DNA from: Paramoeba atlantica
Lineage: Eukaryota > Protista > Discosea
Length of the DNA stretch: 64,000 nucleotides
Assembly: GCA_977017575.1 (NCBI GenBank)
Contig: CDRNVI010000032.1
Coordinates: 254,075 to 318,074 of the forward strand
Reading direction: 5' to 3'
The number at the start of each line of letters is the position of its first letter. The first letter of the stretch is position 1. Positions 20,811 to 30,975 of this stretch are shown here, piece by piece. The notes under the pieces were generated by a model, which was not told the origin of the DNA, searched no databases, and worked only from the letters and a program-made list of their open reading frames with translations. Position numbers and translations under genes: made by a program.

Positions 20811-21424
20811 TCAACCTTGATTAATCCTATTTAAATTTCCCGAGGCAACAGATTTTGCATAGCCCCTCATTTCATCGTTTTCAGAAGACTCAAGTTCTTT
20901 CAGTTCATCGTCGTCGAGGAACTCCTTCCACGTATTTTTCAAATCCTGAGGTGCAATCTTCGAGACGGGATTACCATATTCCCCAAATTTGCGTAACTCG
21001 CTAATCATGGTATCAACGTATGAGGTAGATGTATCTTGTACTTGATATGGATCAGCTTGGTGAGGCGGAGGTGAGATCCCACTGCTCACCAATTCTAGCA
21101 GAGACCGAAATGCCATGGGCTCATATCGGGCCAAAGTTATCAAGGATATGGGAAGAAAACCTATTTTCTGCCTAGCGATGTCGTTTATGGCTCTAACGTA
21201 GTCGGTTCCATGCTCATAAAAAGCGCCCTGAAGCAAGGACCGTCGCAGCCCCCTCTCATAACGGCTTTTTAAATATAGCGATAGTTAGTGGTGATGCGGA
21301 GATGAGCACGTACGTAGGTGATTCCTATTCTCGATTCATGCTTGCCTCGACCAGTTAGAAGACGAGACATTTCGAAAAGCTCCCTTTTTCCATAGTACAA
21401 TGCGGTACGCGTAAGGGAGAACAT
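20811..21424 (-). CDS. MRPL20: Mitochondrial ribosomal protein bL20-like, with an internal one-base frameshift
   Basis: ATG 21424 gives MFSLTRTALYYGKRELFEMSRLLTGRGK...NYRYI* (TAA at 21271-21269). The -1 frame continues LKSRYERGLRRSLLQGAFYEHGTDYVRAINDIARQKIGFLPISLITLARYEPMAFRSLLELV, which resembles the bL20 C-terminal helices. Confidence 0.65.
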
Positions 21425-21809
21425 TGGAAGGATGCTTTCAAATTATTTATTATTAAAGCCAAGACTCGAATATAGCCTTTAGAAATTAACAATATAAGAT
21501 TAAAACAACAGTTGCAATGAATTGATTTACTCTGAAACATGCAGCACTTATCAAATTAATACACCTTATATCAAATTAATATAAGGCATATCAAGTTTCG
21601 GACGCTTTACGTAGCACTGACCCGAAAAACCTATTAGAGCTACATCCACACTGTACATCCACACTGTAAGTGTGTGATTCAACTCATTTTTTCAACTAAC
21701 ACACAAGCCCATTTAGTAAGTACACCCCATGATTTCCCGAGAACATGAGCACGCGTTGACTAGATTCTTATACCAATTTTGGACAAAGTTTATGTTTCAG
21801 TTTTACTTA

Positions 21810-23885
21810 TTAGAATAGCCACCAAGGATTAGTCTCTCCCAGCGTATCAGTCGAAGCCGTATCATGTAGTTGACTATCTACGGAGGGTTCGTGTAATTGA
21901 CTCTCCGCTCTAGGTACGTGAGTATTCGCCAAAGAGACATTTGCCTCCTCTGCACGTTCACTGAGAATTGACGCTGCTTGGCCCGGTAATTCGTGTTCGG
22001 TCGAGAGCTTATCTTCATCCGTGCGATTAGAGGCCACTAAATCAAATTTCAATTCGCTTTCGGATTTATCTTCCACAATACATGGAGGAGAAACATCGCG
22101 CGACGGCTCCGCGCTTCCCATAAGTTGTACGTGAGCCGCAGTGCCAAATCTAGTTCTAGATTCTGTGTATTTCTGAGTCACGACATCATTTTGGTTTTGT
22201 GGAGGCGTATAATTTGAGTCGACTTGAGTGCGTGATTCGACTTCGTTCTCATTAGATGTCAAAAAAATGTTAGAAGAGAGCGTCCGTAGAATGTTTGTAG
22301 AAATAGACTTTTGTTCTTCGATAGTTTCGTATAGTTCCTTTGCTTGTGATGAGTGAGTCGTGCCTATCGAGCCGAACGCGTCAGAAAGAGTCTCAATATT
22401 TGATGCCAACAATTCCAAAGCAAAGCACGCTTGATCCAATTTTCGTTTTATATTTTCAGTAAAAGAAGAGAGAGCTTCTTCTTGCTGAAAGTTTTGGCGA
22501 TGCACTTCCAAGTTTGATTTCAGCGTGTCATAAAATTTCTGATTAGAAGTGTTGTATTGTAGTGCCCGATTTAAGTTAGAGATTTCACCTTGTAGTGCGT
22601 AACGCTCCGCGTTCCATGCTTCTTTTGCGACGTTCAGCATCGTTTCTGTTACTTTAGTGTTAACTGTTTCATTTGAGCTACGATTACCACCTCCCAAAGA
22701 ACTCGAGTCAGTAGGGCAATGTTCATATCGGTTTGTCACAAGCACCGTTCTTTCCCTTCTTTCTGGGACAATATTATTGGCTTGATACTCTTCAGTATCC
22801 GAGATTAAGCTACTTGCACTTTCGTTCGCCAAATTAGAATCGTTCAATGAATTCTCATTTACCGCAATTGTATCCCGGGATGAATACAGAAACGCATCAG
22901 CCGCGCTTGAAATATCTTTGCCTTCTTCTGTATCACTGGGTTCTTCTGATCTGTGTTGCACCAGATTAGACGAACCAGTTCCCTCACAATTTTGAACAGT
23001 ATTTCTGCTCGCGCGTAGTATACGAACTTCGGACTCCAAATCCAAAATATTGCGACTTAATCCTGCCACTCGAGCAGGGTCGCAAGTTTTTAGTATAGCT
23101 GCCCGAGTTTCGGTATACTCACTGCACTTCTTCTTTTCTACCGCAAGCTGCGACTCAAGCATCGTGCAAGATTCCCGGAATTGATCACGTTCCTTGGTCA
23201 GGTTCGAAATTTCGTCGTGCCCATTGAACCAGAATCTGAGCAATTCGGTTGGATTTAAGCCGCGACGTGTGAAAAATTCTATAGGATGGGCTGAAAGTTT
23301 TTGACGAGTTCTTTTTCTTGAAGAATGCGACGCTTCAGCAGCTGCAACATCGGTCTCGGCGAAATTTAATTCATCTATTTCTTGTAGTTCTTTGCACGCT
23401 ATTTTGACAGCGGCAAGTTCCTCTTTCAGAGAAGTTATTTCGGCCTGTTTGGAAGAAAGTACCCGCTCCACATCCGTGTAGCGCATACGCAATTCTTCTA
23501 GTTCATTTTTGAGAGTCTCTCGGTCCATAAGAATACCTCGAATGTTCTGGGTTGCAAGAAGAATCTCTTCGTTCGCGCATGACTCAGAATGCCGGAGTTT
23601 ATTAAATATTTCCCTAATACGAATGCAATTTTCTTCGAAGAAAGAACATTGCGACGAATCATTTGTGCTACCGTCAGATAAGTTGCTTTTGGAATTCTCT
23701 ACAATTTCATTCGAATCTCTCTGAAGCAATCTTTGAGTGTGCGTTGCAATTGCACCAATGTTATGGGCTTCCTCTAGACCGGCAGTGGGTAGAATTTTCT
23801 CTGGAAAGTGGTGCTCTGATATACTTGACCCTGTGACTACTTCCACTTCTCTCGATTCTATATTTTCTTGACTTTCGTAATTCAT
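21810..23885 (-). CDS. Hypothetical coiled-coil protein (691 aa)
   Basis: Long ORF with heptad-rich segments (LKNELEELRMRYTDVERVLSSKQAEITSLKEELAAV). Confidence 0.75.
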   Translation of the reverse strand: MNYESQENIESREVEVVTGSSISEHHFPEKILPTAGLEEAHNIGAIATHTQRLLQRDSNEIVENSKSNLSDGSTNDSSQCSFFEENCIRIREIFNKLRHSESCANEEILLATQNIRGILMDRETLKNELEELRMRYTDVERVLSSKQAEITSLKEELAAVKIACKELQEIDELNFAETDVAAAEASHSSRKRTRQKLSAHPIEFFTRRGLNPTELLRFWFNGHDEISNLTKERDQFRESCTMLESQLAVEKKKCSEYTETRAAILKTCDPARVAGLSRNILDLESEVRILRASRNTVQNCEGTGSSNLVQHRSEEPSDTEEGKDISSAADAFLYSSRDTIAVNENSLNDSNLANESASSLISDTEEYQANNIVPERRERTVLVTNRYEHCPTDSSSLGGGNRSSNETVNTKVTETMLNVAKEAWNAERYALQGEISNLNRALQYNTSNQKFYDTLKSNLEVHRQNFQQEEALSSFTENIKRKLDQACFALELLASNIETLSDAFGSIGTTHSSQAKELYETIEEQKSISTNILRTLSSNIFLTSNENEVESRTQVDSNYTPPQNQNDVVTQKYTESRTRFGTAAHVQLMGSAEPSRDVSPPCIVEDKSESELKFDLVASNRTDEDKLSTEHELPGQAASILSERAEEANVSLANTHVPRAESQLHEPSVDSQLHDTASTDTLGETNPWWLF

Positions 23886-24441
23886 GGAATAATGCTCAAG
23901 GTAGATTTATTATAGACCGAAAAAGGAAGGCTACAATCATTAGAAAAAAGAAATGCCATCAGAGAGCATCTGTACAGTAGGATAAAAGAACGAAATCGTG
24001 ATATATTAGAGGGTCGAAACCTATGACAGGCAATGTTCTTTGAGACGTTTAGTATATAATAAAGTTTGTAAATAATAAAAACCGTATTAGGACCATTTTT
24101 GAAAAATCATTTTTTCGTCAAATATTTGTACCTACCGCCCGAGAGCGAGTAAGAGGAAAAGAGTAAGAGAAAGGTAGACTAACCTTTCCTTTGCGTACTG
24201 TTTTCTTTATGATATTTCCTCTATGATATTTTTAATATTTAGAGCAAGTTGATAAATGCTATCCAGTAAATTACGCACATTTGCAAAGTACAACGAATTC
24301 AAACAAAAAGATACGGGAAGCAATGGTGCAACTCAGAAAAATATAATGTTTGGAATTTCAAAATTTGAAAGGCAAGATACTAACAAAAAATAGAATGCAA
24401 GATGGTAAAAAATTAAAAGACAAGATTCTAAAAATCATCTT

Positions 24442-25809
24442 TTATAAAAATTCCTTAAAGGATACTGAAACCCTAAGAGGAAGAACGCCACGTACATCCG
24501 GGATCAACACCAACTCTTCGAGCATATCACACACCAGGGGCAATGCATTATCACGCATCTCATAAAAAAGTTCTTTCGACGTGAAGTTTCCTTTATCCAT
24601 CACACCCACTGATCTTTCTACTGCATCCGGGCTCTCCACCTCCTCTTCTCCAGACTCCACCCTCTCACTCCTGTCTGGCAAGCCTGGAAATCGAAATTGG
24701 GGAACAATCAACGAATTCCCACCACTTTCTTCGGCACTGCAATCCAGCTGATCCACCAACACCGTACGTTGTGGGACAACCCTCACCCCCTCCCCCCTCC
24801 TCCTCCGTACCCATGGAATTCCCAAAGGACGAAACCCCTCGCCTCCCGGTGTGGAATCCCACAACACAGAGAGCCGCTTTCCCCCAGAAGGGTGAGCCGC
24901 ATCCAACCTCTCCGAGACCTTTTCGAGGTTTCTCCCATCTTCCCCTGTTGGTTCTTCTACAAGACCCGAACACCTTTCTCCCTGGGCCAAACTATACCGC
25001 GTGGGATCCTGGAGTCTTTCCACCCATTGTGCACTATTCGGACTACTTACCTCTTCCATGGATTCCCACAAAGCACCAGGAGACGAGTTTGCCGTGTTTA
25101 CAAAACACTCCTTACCGATAATGATGTCGAAATAGGGTCGCAAGTCAATGAACAGAGATTTGAGAATCTGTATGAGTTCATCGGTACAGTAGGAAAGGCT
25201 ACAGAGTCCAATTTGATAGGTTCGGCTTATTGTTCCTTCGGTTCTGTTCATTTCTTCGTCTTTGTTTAATCCTTTATTTTTGCTCCTTCCTTTGTTTTTT
25301 CTTATTTCTTCCTTCTTGCTCATGCCCTCGTTTTCGCTCCTTCTTATGAATTTATTTCTATATGTACGTGCGTTGTGTAGTCTACGTAGACAGGAAATAG
25401 TATGGGGACGTAACCAGAGGTAATGAGTTTCTCGTATCAAAGGGGTGGGGTGGATGCCATGGGAGGTGAGGTGGTAGGCCCCATGGGGTTGGGTCCAGGA
25501 GAGGAAAGGTTTTAAAATATCACTGGGACGTACGGATTGGCGAAAAGTAGTACAGGGTGTAATTTTGTAGAGGGGCGTACGGCGGGTGTGAGGACAGATC
25601 TTGGGAGACGTATGAGCTTGTGGCAGGTGTTGAGAAAAGGAGCCGGAGCTCAAAGTTTCGATTAAAGTCCCTCGGAGGCCAAAAAGAACAAGGAGGGGCG
25701 TGCTGTGTGGGGTAAAGGGGAGAGTTCTAGAGCCGGGGGTAGAGGTGGGTGAAGAGGAGGGGTTCGGCATCAAAATTTCAGGTGTAGGGAATGCGTTTGA
25801 TCTGGTCAA
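24442..25809 (-). CDS. FCP1/SCP/TIM50-family HAD-fold protein with a degenerate DxDxT motif
   Basis: LLVLFGLRGTLIET sits where LVLDLDETL is expected, followed by YLWLRPH and RTVLVDQ...GNSLIVPQF. Confidence 0.6.
   Translation of the reverse strand: MTRSNAFPTPEILMPNPSSSPTSTPGSRTLPFTPHSTPLLVLFGLRGTLIETLSSGSFSQHLPQAHTSPKICPHTRRTPLYKITPCTTFRQSVRPSDILKPFLSWTQPHGAYHLTSHGIHPTPLIRETHYLWLRPHTISCLRRLHNARTYRNKFIRRSENEGMSKKEEIRKNKGRSKNKGLNKDEEMNRTEGTISRTYQIGLCSLSYCTDELIQILKSLFIDLRPYFDIIIGKECFVNTANSSPGALWESMEEVSSPNSAQWVERLQDPTRYSLAQGERCSGLVEEPTGEDGRNLEKVSERLDAAHPSGGKRLSVLWDSTPGGEGFRPLGIPWVRRRRGEGVRVVPQRTVLVDQLDCSAEESGGNSLIVPQFRFPGLPDRSERVESGEEEVESPDAVERSVGVMDKGNFTSKELFYEMRDNALPLVCDMLEELVLIPDVRGVLPLRVSVSFKEFL
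24640..25760. other. GC-rich skew-switch island 2
   Basis: The + strand is C-rich at ~24640-24900 and G-rich at ~25440-25750 (judged by eye). Confidence 0.6.
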
Positions 25810-26119
25810 TGGCTCAAGGTGATGTTCCTATCACTCTATTGTTCTTGGCTATAGTCATACCGTAAAATTCCATACTATTCGCTGTACATGTGCTCTATTT
25901 TTTCTCTCTCAAGATAAAGAACAAGATTTAAAACTACATTGAATATGTGGAATAATTCATGCTGTGCAAAGCACATCTGGACATCAAAATAAATTCACAT
26001 CATCACTATGTTGTCAGTTGATGGCCAGTGGCGCATAAGTTCTCAACACGCATAAGAATGTTCAGACTTGAAACAAAAGTAGTATAAAATAACCAAAGGT
26101 TTGTCAAGCTGTGGCTGTA

Positions 26120-26560
26120 TTACTGAGGGCGGTGTTTGTGTCGGTGATAATATCTACGTCTCAACTCCGCATCGCTCAACCCTCCCCGAGTTGTACGTCT
26201 TTTTTCTCCTTCTACCCGCTCCTTCTCTAGCTCCTCTCGAAGCTTGGTGTCGGGGAATGGGCTTTGTCTAAAATTTAGCTGCGGATAGCGGAACAGTACG
26301 TTGCCAAGTGCTGCCTTACGAGTAATGAAACACCGATTGCAGAGTGTATCTGCCATTATGAATGCCGACTTAGAAATGATGTACTGTTGGCAGGAGGAGC
26401 ACTGCTTGCGACAGCCTACGCAACACACAATGTCGGGATTCTCACGAATGGCCTTCGGGTTGGCTATATTGGCCAGTGGAAGTAAGCGATTGCAGTAGTT
26501 GCATTTTACACTAAAGCGTCCCCCAATCAGTTTTAAGAAAGTACGTCTAAACAGTGACAT
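26120..26560 (-). CDS. Small zinc-binding protein, probably mitochondrial
   Basis: Four CxxC-type pairs (CNYC, CVGC, CSSC, CNRC) and a presequence-like N-terminus MSLFRRTFLK. Confidence 0.6.
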   Translation of the reverse strand: MSLFRRTFLKLIGGRFSVKCNYCNRLLPLANIANPKAIRENPDIVCCVGCRKQCSSCQQYIISKSAFIMADTLCNRCFITRKAALGNVLFRYPQLNFRQSPFPDTKLREELEKERVEGEKRRTTRGGLSDAELRRRYYHRHKHRPQ

Positions 26561-26868
26561 TCAGGATCGTAAATTCCGTGTGATTGTTAACATCCATTAT
26601 TTGCATGCTAAATGGTGTATCAGTGAGATACTTTTGTAAATATTAGGAATGCCGTGACACACCAAAAAAGATGAAGCAAATAGTAAAGTGTAAAGAAAAT
26701 TTCGTAACTGTGCGTACATGCACCTATAAAAATGTAATGTACAACAATGTATGTAGCAACTAATGTATGTACTTACTGACCGAGTCTTGTGTCAACTGGT
26801 TCCTTCACCTAGCCCTAAGAAAAACTGTGACCTGCATTCGGGTGAAATTTGGCAGAACGAGTTCAGGA

Positions 26869-27987
26869 TTACCCCCTTTTCCAAAGCGAAACAAAGGGAT
26901 TGGTTTCTGGTATAGGAATTAAGTTCCACAAGTCAGGTGAGGCTGAATCCGTGTGTGAGTTTAATTTTTCTAAAGAGGCGTCTAGGGAACTTTGTTCCAC
27001 TTTCACTCCGAACCTTCGCGGATTGGATTCCTGTTTGTCCAGTGTTGTGCTCCCCCGCGAGGCCTCTCGTAGCCACACCGTTTGCGCACGACTCATCAGT
27101 TCAATAGACTGAATATAAATGAGTTCATCGACCAGGGAGCTCACCACGTACTGACTGATCGCTTGGTCCGGACCCGATAGCATTGCACTTTCTCCCGGAC
27201 TGGGCATCATAAAGTCACAAAACCCTAACTTCCCCACCAGGGTGCGTATTCGATAGGCTCGCTCCATCCACTGGCGTCCTTTAGACACCCTACTCCCCTC
27301 CTTCACCAAGGTTTCAAGCGAGAGCTGCGACCAGACAAGTTCCATATTATACGGGGACTCGGACAGCTGCGCTAGAGCGCTGTAGTCATCCGCGGTGCCA
27401 TAGGGGAACAACCCCATCAGTCGTGGCACCATAAGTTGTTGAATCACATATGTGCCATTATTCGCCTTGTCATTTTCCACCCGCCAGTCCGCCGTTAGCA
27501 CCCCTCTTTTCATTAAAAACGCAATCCCGGATAGCAATCTCTCCCGTCGAATCCGATCCCGCACATCATGACACTTCAACGCATCCCCCGCAGCTTTCCG
27601 AAACATCCCCGAGCGGAGCACCCCCACCCGATCCCACCGCTCCGGGGGGCACAGCGAGGTGTAGACCAGTTCCAGCGCCCGGTGGTCGCGTTTCCCCACG
27701 TGGTAGCCCCAGTAGTTGTACGGTACCCCACACAGCACACACCGCCCGTCACGCTCCCATGCGGGGGTGACCCGACGACGGCCACTGGGGAAGGCGGGGG
27801 AGGGGAACGTCGCGGGCTCCACCTCGGGGAAGTGAGCCCGGGACACGGTGAGGTATTTCGCCGAGGGTTGGGGGAGCAAGGAGGGGATGTGGGAGGCGGG
27901 GGGCGGGGGAGGGGAGGGTGGGGCGCTGTTGAGGTGAGAGCGTAGGACGGGGAGGTCGCAGTAGCGGTAGGGGTGGCGCAGTACCAT
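26869..27987 (-). CDS. RNA-editing complex KREPB-like protein (U1-like zinc finger plus degenerate RNase III fold)
   Basis: CVLCGVPYNYWGYHVGKRDH matches the U1-like C2H2 finger. It is followed by an RNase III-like segment (LMVPRLMGLFP...SESPYNMELVWSQLSLETLV...IRTLVGKL) that lacks the acidic catalytic signature. Confidence 0.6.
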   Translation of the reverse strand: MVLRHPYRYCDLPVLRSHLNSAPPSPPPPPASHIPSLLPQPSAKYLTVSRAHFPEVEPATFPSPAFPSGRRRVTPAWERDGRCVLCGVPYNYWGYHVGKRDHRALELVYTSLCPPERWDRVGVLRSGMFRKAAGDALKCHDVRDRIRRERLLSGIAFLMKRGVLTADWRVENDKANNGTYVIQQLMVPRLMGLFPYGTADDYSALAQLSESPYNMELVWSQLSLETLVKEGSRVSKGRQWMERAYRIRTLVGKLGFCDFMMPSPGESAMLSGPDQAISQYVVSSLVDELIYIQSIELMSRAQTVWLREASRGSTTLDKQESNPRRFGVKVEQSSLDASLEKLNSHTDSASPDLWNLIPIPETNPFVSLWKRG

Positions 27988-28135
27988 GGGGGAGAGAGGC
28001 TGGGGGGAAGGTGGAAAGGGGGAGAGGGGGTTGTTTTTGGGGGCAGTGGGGGTAGTGGGTTCGTAGCGTGGTAGTCGTTGCGAAGGGGCGCGTGGTGACT
28101 AATGATGGACTCGGGGTAGGGGGGGGAGAGGACTA
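27480..28135. other. GC-rich skew-switch island 3
   Basis: The + strand is C-rich at ~27540-27760 and G-rich at ~27780-28135. It runs ~150 bp past the start codon into the 5' flank. Confidence 0.75.
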
Positions 28136-28361
28136 CCTTCTTGGGACGAAATTCATGGTAGAATTAGTATCTCTTTAAGATCATTTGTAATGATGAACTA
28201 AAAGCTCGCAAGAGTAAAGCAAAGCTAAAAATTCCCCCTTCTCTATTTTCAGTCCCTCATTAACTTTAATGTAGTTATTATACGTAAACATAGAACATTT
28301 TTATGAATCTATAGACTTTAAATTGAAAGTACGATTCTCCGCACTGTACTATCATACTGGA

Positions 28362-29093
28362 TCAATCGTGTCTGTAATTAGTATGAACACCCACCACGTG
28401 AAACTTATTTTGACCATGTAGACTGATAACGTTCATTCCAAAAGGAAGCAGACTTACATCAACTGTACCTTCTAGCTCATTGTCCCCCAAATAAAGTTCT
28501 TTCAAAGTTTCAGGAAGACCGTTCAACGAAACTGTGCCGGAAAAGTGATTCGTGTTCAACCAGAGCCAAGTCAATCCCAACGGCAAATGTTGAAGATTTA
28601 AACTGCCAGAAAGGTTATTTTGATTTACGCACAACTGCGTAAGTCCAGCGGGAAGTGATGTAAGATCAAGCTCTCCTGAAAATTTATTGCGGTTTAACCA
28701 CAAAATCGAAAGCGTTGGCGGGAGGACAGAGGGGTCAATACTACCTTCTAGCCTATTATTTTGCAATTTTAGGTCAACGACACTGTTGGGAACAAATGCC
28801 CAAGAAAGGTTGCCGGATAAGCCAAGAGACATCCATTCCAGGCGAAGTATGCTTGGGTCGTTTGTCCGCACGTTGTACCACTTTTGAATGGGATTATCAG
28901 ACGTCCAAGTTACATGCGCGTTATGCACGTTCTGTAAAAAAAAGTTTAGACTAATTTCTGGACTCATAAACGCACGTACTCTTCCCAGTCTTGTTGCAGA
29001 ACGCGGCGCATCATCCGCAGCAGAAATTCTAACTGTCATCATGTGCCAAGTTGTGAATATTATACCGTAAGAAAAACTACCACAAAAAAACAA
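28362..29093 (-). CDS. Short leucine-rich-repeat protein
   Basis: LxxLxLxxNxxxGxLDLTxLPxxL repeats after an N-terminal cap (W..WYNV...LEW..LGLSGNLSW). Confidence 0.85.
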   Translation of the reverse strand: MFFCGSFSYGIIFTTWHMMTVRISAADDAPRSATRLGRVRAFMSPEISLNFFLQNVHNAHVTWTSDNPIQKWYNVRTNDPSILRLEWMSLGLSGNLSWAFVPNSVVDLKLQNNRLEGSIDPSVLPPTLSILWLNRNKFSGELDLTSLPAGLTQLCVNQNNLSGSLNLQHLPLGLTWLWLNTNHFSGTVSLNGLPETLKELYLGDNELEGTVDVSLLPFGMNVISLHGQNKFHVVGVHTNYRHD

Positions 29094-29241
29094 ATTGTTT
29101 TACAAGCCCTGCCAATTTTCTTAAGACGAATCAGAGCAACAGATCAAAAGTTCCGATGCCAGGATTTGGTTGTCTTCTAGAAGACGGTTCTTCAAACCCT
29201 GCTAGTCGTCTAATACGTACTTTGTTCTATTTTAATTCGAG

Positions 29242-30975
29242 TTAAACCGTCAACTGTGCAACCGTTGCATTCACCCCGCTTCCTGAAAGCAAGGGCGGTG
29301 TGGTTCCACCCTTTCCCAAGAAACCTGTGCCGCAGCTGTACCCCTCCCCAATCATTGTGTTCCCCAAGTCCACATAGCTCTGCAGCTCCCCTAACACCCG
29401 CGCATCCCTCTCCGCACCGTACCACAACTTCACCGGGTGAGGATAATCCACCCCCAACCGCGTCTTATGTATCTCCTGCATCTCCCTCGTCATGGCCTGC
29501 GGTCGGTGAAGAAACGGCGTGGGGACGTTATGTAACTCCGGCACCCACAGCCGGGTGTACCGCCCCGCCCCATCAAACCGCAGCTGGAGCTTCTCCGCGG
29601 TCTCATGGGGCCACGGCGCCCCGAGGTCGAACACCAGCCCCGCGCACAGCGCTGCATTCCCCCAGCACACCCCGGGGTCGTAGTCCAGCAGGTTACGCTG
29701 GAGCCACTCCGCGGCAATACGCCAATCCTGCTGGAGTCCGCGGACTAGGTACGTAAAAACAGCACGACGCCCGGGGGTAGCGGTGTATCCCGTGCGTGTG
29801 AGTTCCCGCATTGCGGCATCCACAAACGGAAGCCCGGTAGTGGCGTTACACCAGCGATGCACCAGGTGGGGGTTGCGACCCCAGGAGGAGGGGGGACGGA
29901 GGGCGTAGGAGGCAGGGGTGGGTCCATGTACAGCGTAGAGCGAGGCACCGTAGCGTCGCAGAAAAAAGGTCCAGTAGTCACGACGGAGCAGGTGGGTAAG
30001 GAAGACGCGACAGGACCAGTCGTGTTCGGAGTTGTGGTCGAGACTGTATTGTGCGACGAGCTCGTAAAGACGACGGGGAGAAATACAGCCGTGGGCGAGC
30101 CATGGGCTCAAACGACTGGCAGTTTTGTGGCCAAAGAGGGAATACCTCTCGCGGTCCGTGCGTCCTGGTCCGTAGTTGCTAATACAGTCGGACTCCATAA
30201 ATGTTCGAACACGCTCACATGCTTCCGTTTCTCCCCCTTTAAACATGAGAACCTGACGAGAATCAGTGTCTGTTGGATCATCTCTAATAACAGGCTCTTT
30301 ATAGCCTAAATCAACCAATGTTGGCAAGCCTCCTATTTCTAAGACATTCTCGCGTGGGGGACCTGGAAAAACGCCCGTTTTTCTACCATCGAAAGCAAAG
30401 GTACGACGTATTTTAGATCGGTAAAAAAGATCCGCATATCTACGAAACTCTGTAGGAAATTCCTCCACAGGAAGAGAAAGGTCGTCAATATGAAGTAAAG
30501 TGCTTCCCCAAATAGTACGCAATGAAACGTCCATCCCTGCTTCTTTAATGTTGCTCTGTAGTTTCTGTTGCACTTCTCTTTCCTCTGGGCTTGATGGATC
30601 GTGGGCAAAAATTTCGCAACATTGCAGCTCGCAAGCTAATTTCCCAAGCAAGTCTTCGGGGGATCCAAGTCGTATCAATAATCGATGTTGATGGAGATCC
30701 CACAAGGATTTGCGCAAGTCGGCGACACATTCGATTGCAAAACGAGCCCTGCGAGGATGAGACCGCAAAAAGCCGCCTATTTCACTGGCTGCAGAAAATG
30801 TTCTTGGGTCAAAGCAAAAACATGGATAAATTTGACCCACAAGTTCCTTTGCCCGTCGACAGGCAAAGATGACGGCGTAGTTGTCATGTAGGCGCAAATC
30901 TCCTACATTAAACCATAGCAGAATGTTTCGATACGAACTACCTGCCCTAATCGCCATGAGGTCAAAAGGGCACAC
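29242..30975 (-). CDS. Cryptochrome/photolyase family protein, CRY-DASH-like
   Basis: LLWFNVGDLRLHDN, FKGGETEA, SRLSPWLAHGCISPR, LLRRDYW, TTGLPFVDAAMRELTRTGY and DWRIAAEW...LLDYD. Confidence 0.88.
   Translation of the reverse strand: MCPFDLMAIRAGSSYRNILLWFNVGDLRLHDNYAVIFACRRAKELVGQIYPCFCFDPRTFSAASEIGGFLRSHPRRARFAIECVADLRKSLWDLHQHRLLIRLGSPEDLLGKLACELQCCEIFAHDPSSPEEREVQQKLQSNIKEAGMDVSLRTIWGSTLLHIDDLSLPVEEFPTEFRRYADLFYRSKIRRTFAFDGRKTGVFPGPPRENVLEIGGLPTLVDLGYKEPVIRDDPTDTDSRQVLMFKGGETEACERVRTFMESDCISNYGPGRTDRERYSLFGHKTASRLSPWLAHGCISPRRLYELVAQYSLDHNSEHDWSCRVFLTHLLRRDYWTFFLRRYGASLYAVHGPTPASYALRPPSSWGRNPHLVHRWCNATTGLPFVDAAMRELTRTGYTATPGRRAVFTYLVRGLQQDWRIAAEWLQRNLLDYDPGVCWGNAALCAGLVFDLGAPWPHETAEKLQLRFDGAGRYTRLWVPELHNVPTPFLHRPQAMTREMQEIHKTRLGVDYPHPVKLWYGAERDARVLGELQSYVDLGNTMIGEGYSCGTGFLGKGGTTPPLLSGSGVNATVAQLTV
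29280..30000. other. GC-rich skew-switch island 4
   Basis: The + strand is C-rich at ~29300-29720 and G-rich at ~29860-30000 (judged by eye). Confidence 0.6.
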
